Part shown: positions 1 to 6,638 of the stretch, piece after piece
Numbering within the stretch: the first letter of the stretch is position 1
How the letters are laid out: every line of letters starts with the position of its first letter
Origin: Gemmatimonadota bacterium
Lineage (GTDB): Bacteria; Gemmatimonadota; Gemmatimonadetes; Gemmatimonadales; GWC2-71-9
Assembly (NCBI GenBank): GCA_036679605.1
Contig: JAZDCZ010000401.1
Coordinates: forward strand, 1 to 11,866
Direction: 5' to 3'
Length of the DNA: 11,866 nucleotides
Notes under the pieces: generated by a model
What the model saw: the letters and a program-made list of their open reading frames with translations, nothing else
Databases searched by the model: none
What the model was told of the DNA's origin: nothing
Made by a program: the position numbers and the translations under genes

Positions 1-270
1 GACCAGGGAGAAGCGCCAGGTGCGGTCCCCAGTTTGTGTCTGATTCCGGGGCGTGCGTTCACGAGGCAGGGACACAGGCTCGGCCGTGGCCATGGCTGCT
101 ATGATCGATTGATGTCGTCGCTTGCCGCGCTAGGCACGACGGTGGGGGTCGCGTACGATTGTCAGATCGTGCCGGAGCTTCCCGTTGAATCCTTCGACCG
201 CTCGGTCGAGTGCCTTGTAACCGAGGTTGGATTGTCCAGCTGTCGTTCGATTCCCTCGGTAACCCGGTAG
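1..270 (+). CDS. 5-formyltetrahydrofolate cyclo-ligase (YgfA/MTHFS family), C-terminal part; 5' end is outside the window
   Basis: Frame is open from base 1 (DQGEAPGAVPSLCLIPG...). It carries the family motifs IPGRAFTRQGHRLGRGHGCYDR (cf. VPGxAFDxxGxRLGxGxGYYDR) and AYDCQIVPELPVESFDRSVECLVTE. TAG at 268-270. Confidence 0.9.
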   Translation, partial: DQGEAPGAVPSLCLIPGRAFTRQGHRLGRGHGCYDRLMSSLAALGTTVGVAYDCQIVPELPVESFDRSVECLVTEVGLSSCRSIPSVTR

Positions 271-279
271 GCAAGCCTT

Positions 280-1407
280 GTGATGCGCCCGGTCGAAGAA
301 CAATTGCAGATCATCAAACGGGGCGCCGTCGAGCTTATCGACGAAGACGAACTCAGAGAAAAGTTAAAGGGTAACCGACGGCTGCGTGTAAAAGCCGGGT
401 TCGATCCGACCGCGGCCGATCTCCATTTAGGCCACACAGTCCTGATCGAGAAGCTTCGGCAGTTTCAAGAACTCGGTCACCAGATCATATTTTTGATCGG
501 TGATTTCACGGCGCGTATCGGAGACCCAACTGGCAGGTCCGATATCCGCCCGATGCTCAGCGACGAGGAAATCCGACACAACGCTGAGACCTACCAGGAG
601 CAGGCATTCAAGATCCTCGACCGAGAGGCAACCGAGATAGTGTGGAACGGGACGTGGTGCGAGCGTCTCGGTGCCGCCGGGCTGCTCCGGTTGGCGAGCG
701 AACACACCGTGGCGCAATTGCTCGAGCGCGACGACTTTCAGAAGCGATACAAGGGGCGACAACCGATTGGCCTGCATGAATTCCTCTATCCCGTATTGCA
801 GGGATACGATTCGGTCGAATTGAAGGCCGATGTCGAACTCGGCGGCACTGACCAGAAGTTCAATCTATTGATGGGCCGCGACGTGCAGAGGAACCGCGGA
901 CAGGCGCCGCAGGTGGTAGAAATGTACGGCAAGCTGATGTCGATTTCCGATGGACTTATGGTGCGCTACTACGAACTTCTGAGCTCGGCCAGCGAGGAAA
1001 GGTTGGAGGCCGTTCGCTCGAGCGTGGTGCATCCCATGGAAGCCAAAAAGGCTCTGGCGGCCGAGATCACCGGGCGGTTTCATGGAGCCGTGGCTGCGGC
1101 GGCCGCAGAGGCGGATTTCAGGCAACGCTTTCAGAGGCACGCGCTACCCGATGAGATTCCCGAGTTCCGTTGGCCGGGAACCGAAGCTTCCCTGTGGATC
1201 TGCCGGTTGTTGACCGAGACCGAGTTGGCCGGGGCTAAGCTTGCGAAATCCAATGGGGAGGCGCGGAGATTGATCGCCCAGGGCGGAGTCAAGGTCGACG
1301 GAGCCCGGGTGATCGACGCCGATGCCGAGGTCGAGGCGAAAGGGGCAGCGCTCGTGCAGGTGGGGAAGAGACGGCTCGTCCGCGTGATTTTTGCGGCCGG
1401 AGCCTGA
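280..1407 (+). CDS. tyrS: Tyrosyl-tRNA synthetase with C-terminal S4 domain; the KMSKS loop is missing in frame
   Basis: [15 protein letters not shown] (HIGH motif), [46 protein letters not shown], and S4-like [18 protein letters not shown]...VGKRR. Start is GTG 280 or ATG 283. PQVV joins EMYGKLMS directly, with no KMSKS. Confidence 0.95.
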   Translation: MMRPVEEQLQIIKRGAVELIDEDELREKLKGNRRLRVKAGFDPTAADLHLGHTVLIEKLRQFQELGHQIIFLIGDFTARIGDPTGRSDIRPMLSDEEIRHNAETYQEQAFKILDREATEIVWNGTWCERLGAAGLLRLASEHTVAQLLERDDFQKRYKGRQPIGLHEFLYPVLQGYDSVELKADVELGGTDQKFNLLMGRDVQRNRGQAPQVVEMYGKLMSISDGLMVRYYELLSSASEERLEAVRSSVVHPMEAKKALAAEITGRFHGAVAAAAAEADFRQRFQRHALPDEIPEFRWPGTEASLWICRLLTETELAGAKLAKSNGEARRLIAQGGVKVDGARVIDADAEVEAKGAALVQVGKRRLVRVIFAAGA

Positions 1408-1424
1408 GCCTCCGGAGAACCCGG

Positions 1425-1455
1425 GGCGATTGTGCAATACCCAATCGCCAGCTTT
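1425..1455 (+). terminator. Possible intrinsic terminator hairpin after tyrS
   Basis: Perfect 8-bp inverted repeat GGCGATTG (1425-1432) / CAATCGCC (1442-1449), 18 bp after the stop. The U-tail is weak (AGCTTT). Confidence 0.35.
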
Positions 1456-1496
1456 GGCTGAGAATTAGCTCCGCTTGTGATCTGCCCGGAGCAGAG

Positions 1497-1525
1497 TTGA
1501 AATGTACACCGCATAGGTGTACGAC
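1497..1525 (+). promoter_or_regulatory. Sigma70-type promoter with an embedded palindromic operator (toxin-antitoxin autoregulation)
   Basis: TTGAAA (1497-1502), 17 bp, TACGAC (1520-1525). The perfect inverted repeat GTACACC-gcata-GGTGTAC (1504-1522) fills the spacer and overlaps the -10. It lies directly upstream of the toxin remnant and antitoxin. Confidence 0.7.
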
Positions 1526-1653
1526 TGAAGGGCCAGAGAAAAGGTCAACGGTCTATTCGGCTCAGTCGTACCTACCGAGCCATCTATGTCGTCAGGCGCG
1601 ACGGGGCACTGGAATTCGTAAGCGTCGAGGAGGTAAACAAGCATGAGTACTAG
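1525..1653 (+). pseudogene. HigB/RelE-family toxin, C-terminal 42 codons only (5' half deleted); not in the ORF track
   Basis: My translation: LKGQRKGQRSIRLSRTYRAIYVVRRDGALEFVSVEEVNKHEY*. This fits the RelE/HigB pattern LKGxRxGxxSIRLxxxYRxIY. In-frame TGA at 1498-1500 and no ATG/GTG after it. The stop overlaps the antitoxin start by 11 bp. Confidence 0.8.
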
Positions 1654-1966
1654 ATCCAACACGAGGACCAGGGACTCCAAGCGGTTCCTAGAAAAGTTGT
1701 CCGGAGGACCGCTCACGTTCGGCGGACTGCTCGCCGCGATCCGCGAGGCGGAGGGGGCAACCCAGGTGGATTTCGCCGCAACGCTCGGAATCTCTCCATC
1801 ACACATGTGCGACATTGAGAAGGGCCGTAAGGTCGTTGGTGCCGCACGCGCTGCACGCTTCGCAAAGATTCTCGGCTATTCGCCCGAGAGCTTCGTAGCG
1901 CTCGCTCTGCAGGGACAGGTCATTGAGGCGGGCCTCAAGCTCAACGTGAGCGTGGAAGCAGCGTAG
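1643..1966 (+). CDS. XRE/HTH_3 transcriptional regulator, HigA-like antitoxin
   Basis: IREAEGATQVDFAATLGISPSHMCDIEKGRK is an XRE helix-turn-helix. Strong SD GAGGAGGT at 1627-1634. The toxin-then-antitoxin order is that of higBA. Confidence 0.85.
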   Translation: MSTRSNTRTRDSKRFLEKLSGGPLTFGGLLAAIREAEGATQVDFAATLGISPSHMCDIEKGRKVVGAARAARFAKILGYSPESFVALALQGQVIEAGLKLNVSVEAA

Positions 1967-2019
1967 CAGCACCTAGGCGCGCACCCCCCAATGGCTGAAG
2001 GCAGGGACTATGAACTTCT

Positions 2020-2104
2020 GCGACTAGGCTTTTCAAGTGGGCGTAGGGAAGTATCGAATGCGGTCGACCATATCGATTATGTTTACTGAGAGGCTGTGGT
2101 ACCG
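2020..2104 (+). repeat. ~85-bp direct repeat, copy 1, containing a degenerate dif-like site (2060-2087)
   Basis: Aligns by hand to 4789-4874 with 6 substitutions and one 1-bp gap. Core: GCGGTCGACCA-TATCGA-TTATGTTTACT. Confidence 0.9.
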
Positions 2105-2181
2105 GCCTTGGAGACTGACCCCCGCGCCCCTTTGGTTGCAATCTCCTTGTTTGGCGGCGCCCGTTGTGATTCTATCGGTTT

Positions 2182-3840
2182 ATGGACGGTTCGCGTCAGA
2201 GGCGTCTGCGTAGTTCAAACATTCTTTTCTCCGCGATCATGGCGGCGTTCACCCTAGCGACTGCTCTGGGCGGCGGCGCGTTGGCGTTTGCTCAGTCCTC
2301 GACCTGCCTGACGCAAAAGTCCCGCCACGTGAGAGCTGCGGCATCGCGGGCGTGCCGCGCCTATGTCACCGCGGCACGCCACGGTACGGCACCGGACCTT
2401 TCACGCATGGACCGCGTGCGCGTTGACACTGCCTGCCGTGTGGATGTTGTTGCGGTCTGCGCTGAGCTGGCGGGACTGTGTTACGGAGCGGCCTTCGATT
2501 CGGCGACGGCAACGTTTTTGAATCCGGTAGGCGATCGATGTGCACGCATTATCGGGACGAGCTGCAAGTCGGCTCTGAAAGCCGAGATGAAATCCCCGGG
2601 ACACGCCACGGCACGCCTGGCGCGAATTGCGCGTCGATGCAGTGGCCCGATCGACGGAGATCTCGGCGGCGCTTGTGCGACACAGACCGCCGTTGAGGGA
2701 GCTATCCAGTGTTTGGCCCCAGAAGTTGCGAGTCTTTCGAGACGCATCGTTACGCCTCCACCTATGTCGTCGAACGGCGAAACGTGGGTACGCCATCGCG
2801 GCGGGACGGTGTGCAAGGGGGCACTGGCCCAGCCCTTGCCGGGCACTGACGTTTGGGTATCTCCAAGCGGCGACGATACCAATCCCGGCACATCCGACGC
2901 ACCTTTGCGTACACTGGCCCGCGCGCTCTGTAACGCGATACCGGGTCAGACGATTCACGTGGGTTTGGGTACCTATGGCGAATCGGTACTGTTGTCGGAG
3001 TTCGGAGACCCGATGACGCCGATTCGGATCATCGGCGAGGTTGGACCTCAAGGCGAACTGCCGGTACTCGACGGCGGAGGCACCCTGACGATGGGCATCG
3101 CCATCATAGGTGAGGACATTACGCTAAAAAGCGCCGGCTTTGTCATCGAGGATATCGAGACGAAAAACTATACCGACGAGGGGATCCTGGCCGTCATTGC
3201 AGAGAATGTAACCGTGCGTGGCTGTCGCGTGCACGACAACGGTTTTCATTCCATCGACCCCGATGCGGACGGCGAAGGCTTCGGCGTGTCCTTGGTTGAC
3301 GTGACGGGTGCCCTGATCGAATCCGTCGAGGCCTATGCCAACGGGCCGGACATGGCTCGCCAGGGCCGCGGAATTTTGGGTACCGGCATCGATGTGTTCG
3401 GCTCCGACGACGTAACCGTGCGTGGCTGCGATCTGCACGACAATATCGGCGGGGGCCTACTCATAGAGGACTGCGCAAACGCCCTGGTCGAAAACAACAC
3501 GATCCGTGCTAACCATCTTGACGCTGCCGGTGACTACTGGGACGGCGGAATCTGGGTCGACGGTGGCCACGACGTAACTGTGCGTTCCAACACACTCAGC
3601 GGTAACCTCGGGCCGGCAATCGTGCTGAGCGACGAAGGAGTACAAAACCCCACGGGGTACGCGATTATCGACAACACGCTCGACGGCAACTTCTGGGCAA
3701 TTTACCTGTGGAACTTTGGCGTATGTCCCTGGCCGGCCCCGACTGTCGTAGCCCATTCGGGGAACGTGTTCACGAACAGTACGCGCAGCGATATCCTGTG
3801 TAATCCGTGGGAATGCGGTGTCGGTAAGCCCTGTGGCTGA
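2182..3840 (+). CDS. Secreted right-handed parallel beta-helix protein (pectin-lyase fold, DUF1565-like start) with a Cys-rich N-terminal domain
   Basis: Basic/hydrophobic signal peptide ending ALAFA|Q. About 140 aa with 10 Cys, then VWVSPSGDDTNPGTSDAPLRTLARA (from 2851). PbH1-like repeats follow (VTVRGCRVHDN, VTVRGCDLHDN, ALVENNTIRAN, VTVRSNTLSGN). Alternative ATG at 2239. Confidence 0.85.
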   Translation: MDGSRQRRLRSSNILFSAIMAAFTLATALGGGALAFAQSSTCLTQKSRHVRAAASRACRAYVTAARHGTAPDLSRMDRVRVDTACRVDVVAVCAELAGLCYGAAFDSATATFLNPVGDRCARIIGTSCKSALKAEMKSPGHATARLARIARRCSGPIDGDLGGACATQTAVEGAIQCLAPEVASLSRRIVTPPPMSSNGETWVRHRGGTVCKGALAQPLPGTDVWVSPSGDDTNPGTSDAPLRTLARALCNAIPGQTIHVGLGTYGESVLLSEFGDPMTPIRIIGEVGPQGELPVLDGGGTLTMGIAIIGEDITLKSAGFVIEDIETKNYTDEGILAVIAENVTVRGCRVHDNGFHSIDPDADGEGFGVSLVDVTGALIESVEAYANGPDMARQGRGILGTGIDVFGSDDVTVRGCDLHDNIGGGLLIEDCANALVENNTIRANHLDAAGDYWDGGIWVDGGHDVTVRSNTLSGNLGPAIVLSDEGVQNPTGYAIIDNTLDGNFWAIYLWNFGVCPWPAPTVVAHSGNVFTNSTRSDILCNPWECGVGKPCG

Positions 3841-4004
3841 AGGTCGCACCGATTTTGCGTTCGAGCGCGGCGCTCTTACACGCGATTTTGCCGCGACTGT
3901 TCGAGCCGACGGCTGCGGAGAACTCTTAGGCATTATTGACGCCGCTTTGAATCTAGATGTCCCCGGTGAGTAAGGTTTACTTTTTGAGCACGGGACCGAA
4001 GACG

Positions 4005-4146
4005 TATCGACGGCATGTGCGCACCCGCTGATCGGGTCACAACTATACCTGGTGCACGAGTCCCCGTCGTCGCAAGGAGGAGCGGGCGTTAGACAGGACC
4101 CTACGCCATTGCATGTCTCGCATTGGCTGCACGTGATCGACGACAT
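4005..4146 (-). pseudogene. Fragment of a Cys-rich repeat protein (Dictyostelium CTDC-like repeat)
   Basis: CSQCETCNGVGSCLTPAPPCDDGDSCTRYSCDPISGCAH resembles CDDGNxCTxDxCDPxxGCxH. There is no signal peptide, and the rest of ORF 3457..4161 is non-protein-like and runs antisense into the beta-helix gene. Boundaries are approximate. Confidence 0.5.
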
Positions 4147-4171
4147 CGGGTCTACCTTCAAAAGAAGGCAC

Positions 4172-4792
4172 TCACCCGGTGTGGGTGCGACGTACCTCTC
4201 GTTTCATATCTTCCCAGCCCTCGATGGCCCTACGGCACGACTGCGAGTTGATGCAGAGGTGCGACCAGATGGACAGTGACGGTGTCGCTATAAGCGGAAT
4301 CGCGCCGCGACTACGGCTTTTCTTGCAAACCCCGCAGGGGGCGACGATCAATACGACCGCGGAGTCAGGCTGGGCGGCCAAGCGGACCAATCCGTCCAAA
4401 TTGAAGAGCGTGACGGCAGTGTACTCCATGTCGGGATCGTTGATCGGGCCGTGCAAATCAAAGGGACGGGTTTGTACGTCGCCGGCCCAGTGTTGGCGGT
4501 TGAGTTCGGACATGCGGGTCTGCACGTTCGGGCTCGCGTCGATTTTTCTCAGTTCGTCATCTGAAGCGTCCCGGCGATCTCCGTAACCCAAGCCTTCGCG
4601 GATGAACCATTTGAGTTCATCGTGGAGGTCGGTGGAACTCGCCAGGCTGGTAACGACGATGTCGATCTCTTTCTTGTATTCGAGAGACTTACCGATCCCC
4701 GGCCATTCGCTGAGCTGGTCCGCTATTGTCGTCGGAACGAACGGGGGCACGGGGAGTCCTACGAATCCTACGTCGGGAAGATTCTCGAGCGA
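4172..4792 (-). pseudogene. 5'-truncated SorC/DeoR-type sugar-binding domain gene (C-terminal part)
   Basis: EIDIVVTSLAS, AGDVQTRPFDLHG, VVLIVAPCGVCKKSR and IWSHLCIN resemble the Sugar-bind (NagB-like) fold pattern. The frame extends upstream of 4750 (SLENLPDVGFVGLP) to a TAG at 4793-4795, which lies inside repeat copy 2. No HTH and no convincing start. Confidence 0.55.
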
Positions 4793-4874
4793 CTAGGCCT
4801 TTTAAGTGCGCGTAGGGAAGTGTCGAATGCGGTCGATAATATCGATTATGTTTACTGAGAGGCTGTCGGTACCG
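4789..4874 (+). repeat. ~85-bp direct repeat, copy 2, containing a dif-like site (4829-4856)
   Basis: Core GCGGTCGATAA-TATCGA-TTATGTTTACT has the 11-6-11 layout and ATAA-N6-TTATGT signature of E. coli dif (GGTGCGCATAA-TGTATA-TTATGTTAAAT). The right arm matches 9/11. The repeat itself is certain; the dif function is inferred. Confidence 0.9.
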
Positions 4875-4921
4875 ACGAAGAGAAGATTTGTCTTCGCCGA
4901 ACGTGGTTCATCAGTGCCCCC

Positions 4922-5404
4922 GTGCCCTGGCGGCTTTATCGCATCGAACGCGAGGCCAAGCGCGACGGCCTGCGCGGCGAGGAACTCGTGCGCCTGCGTG
5001 CGGGGGAACCCAAAGCGATGCTGGCGGTTTTGGGTGAGTATATCGAACGGCTTAGGCCGACGACGCTGCCGAAAAGCGGGCTCGGTACGGCGATTACGTA
5101 TGCCCGATCACAATGGCCGTCTATCACGCGCTACCTTGCGGTGCCCGAGGCCGAGCTGGACAACAACAGCTGCGAGAACGCGATCAGGCCGCTGGCTCTG
5201 GGCCGCAAGAATTGGCTGTTTGCCGGCAGCGAAGCCGGCGGACACCGAGCGGCAACGCTATTTTCCATCGTCATCACGTGCAAACGGCTCGGCATTGACC
5301 CGCAGGACTATCTCGCCGATATCCTGGCCCGTATTCCCACGCACAAGCTCTGACGCATCGAAGAGCTGACGCTGCGGGCCTGGCAGGCCGCACGCGAATC
5401 GTAA
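4922..5404 (+). pseudogene. IS66-family transposase (TnpC), C-terminal fragment with an internal stop
   Basis: LYRIERE, LPKSGLGTAITYARSQW, ELDNNSCENAIRPLALGRKNWLFAGSEAGG and TCKRLGIDPQDYLADILARI are diagnostic. After TGA 5351-5353 the frame continues RIEELTLRAW (cf. RIDELLPWNW) to TAA 5402-5404. The N-terminal part, tnpA and tnpB are absent. Confidence 0.95.
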
Positions 5405-5459
5405 ACCCTCTACTCTCTTGCGCCGACACGGTCGACTACGTTGTTCGTCGGACGGTTAC
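4922..5459 (+). mobile_element. IS66-family remnant: right end with terminal inverted repeat
   Basis: GTTCGTCGGACGGTTAC (5443-5459) reads GTAACCGTCCGACGAAC on the - strand, the GTAA-start end typical of IS66. It ends 55 bp after the tnpC stop. No left end seen. Confidence 0.85.
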
Positions 5460-5706
5460 GAAGAACAAGAAGCGTCGGGTGATCTACAAGGCCGAGGTGA
5501 CCCGGTTGGAAGCCCGCGAGCCGGATGGTCAGGTAGCCCTTTGGCCGATCGCTCGCCATTGCTACAGGTGTCTTCCAAATTCCGCTGCGCGTCAACCCAT
5601 TGCTAGGAGCTACCGGCATTGTCACAAGTTTGAAAACTTCTGTGCCCCCTCAAAACTCGATCGAGGTGAAATGTGTTGACTATACAATGTCGGCAGATGA
5701 TGCCGA

Positions 5707-5972
5707 TCAGCGATCGCCGCCGCGACGGCCGATGCTCGGACCTCCTCCGGAACGCCCGGCCCTGCCGAACGCGCCGCCGCGCCCAGTGGCCCTACCCGTC
5801 GCACCGCCCGCGTCGGAGACCTGTATCATGCCGGCCTCGACCATCTCGAGGAACGCAGGCCTTTCAGCGCCGTCGTCGCTAACCTGCCCCGACTTACCCG
5901 GCCCGAGCCGTAACAGCTTGTTGCGAGGCAGCGGCACCTTGATCGGCGCCGGGTCAAACGGCCTTGTCGCAT
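5707..5972 (-). pseudogene. Small hypothetical protein gene, probably frameshifted near its start
   Basis: PIKVPLPRNKLLRLGPGKSGQVSDDGAERPAFLEMVEAGMIQVSD plus a Gly-rich tail looks protein-like. ATG 5972 (MRQGRLTR) is one base out of frame with it near 5948. Confidence 0.35.
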
Positions 5973-6213
5973 AATTCCCGAACGGCTCGAAAGTCCCTAC
6001 CTACGGCCGACGGGTCACGCTGCATGCCGGTGGCGTAGAGGTTCCGGTAGCCGAGCCGTTCACTCTAGACATCACCGACGAAGACGTCACCAACGAGAAA
6101 ACGCTGGGCCGAGGAACGCGACCGCAACGAGCAGTCGGGTGACCTCAGGCAGCCGAGCCGCTCGCCTCGCACACGTCACACGTAGGATTGGCTGGACCTC
6201 GTTTTGCGTTCAA

Positions 6214-6543
6214 CTACCACTTCTCCGATAGGTCGGCCACGATCGGTATGCGCCAGCGCTCTCCTTTTACTGCTTTGAGGATTGCGACGATGAAGATCGC
6301 GATCATGGCGAGGTGTATAAGGGAGAACAGCGCTCCACCCGCATAGTACAGCGGCCCTGAGTGGAAAAAGAAGGGCAAGGCTATCGTCCAAATTAAATAC
6401 GCGGCCGAAAGCGTCAGTCCTTGCTTGGCATGCCACCTGATAAACTCATTGTCTTCTGCCATTAGATACGGGATCAAGCCAAGCGGTCCCAGATAGGCAA
6501 GAACTATCATCACCGAATCATTGTCAGACTTCTCATTAGCCAT
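6214..6543 (-). CDS. DUF4870-like small membrane protein
   Basis: IVLAYLGPLGLIPYL, FIRWHAKQGLTL and KAVKGERWRIPIVADL, with about three hydrophobic helices. ATG 6543 has an SD (GAGGT) and is preferred over 6588. Confidence 0.85.
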   Translation of the reverse strand: MANEKSDNDSVMIVLAYLGPLGLIPYLMAEDNEFIRWHAKQGLTLSAAYLIWTIALPFFFHSGPLYYAGGALFSLIHLAMIAIFIVAILKAVKGERWRIPIVADLSEKW

Positions 6544-6638
6544 ATAGAACCTCAGATCTCTTCGGGCGTCTTGGGGTTGACCAGTCACCCATGGGCGAAC
6601 CCCGCCCGACCGGAACCCTTATTCTTAATTATAGTCAC

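Noticed and set aside
1991..2089. Short ORF MAEGRDYELLRLGFSSGRREVSNAVDHIDYVY, and the similar end of ORF 4622..4858
   Set aside because: The shared peptide only reflects the DNA repeat. There is no SD, and most substitutions between the copies change amino acids.
3954..3981. Possible third dif-like site (TAAGGTTTACT, 9/11 match to the repeats' right arm)
   Set aside because: No ATAA-type left arm, a different spacer and no flanking similarity; compatible with chance.
3457..4161. 234-aa minus-strand ORF as a full gene
   Set aside because: It overlaps the beta-helix gene antisense by 384 bp. Only the first ~50 aa look like a real domain, and these are annotated as a fragment.
2020..4874. Repeats as a CRISPR array or integron attC sites
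   Set aside because: Only two copies, 2.8 kb apart, with no spacers and no RYYYAAC...GTTRRRY hairpin layout.
4806..5369. 187-aa ORF over the IS66 region
   Set aside because: Alternative frame of tnpC that starts inside the non-coding repeat; no motifs.
5600..5974. 124-aa Pro-rich plus-strand ORF
   Set aside because: Probably the antisense shadow of the Gly-rich minus-strand frame; no recognisable motifs.
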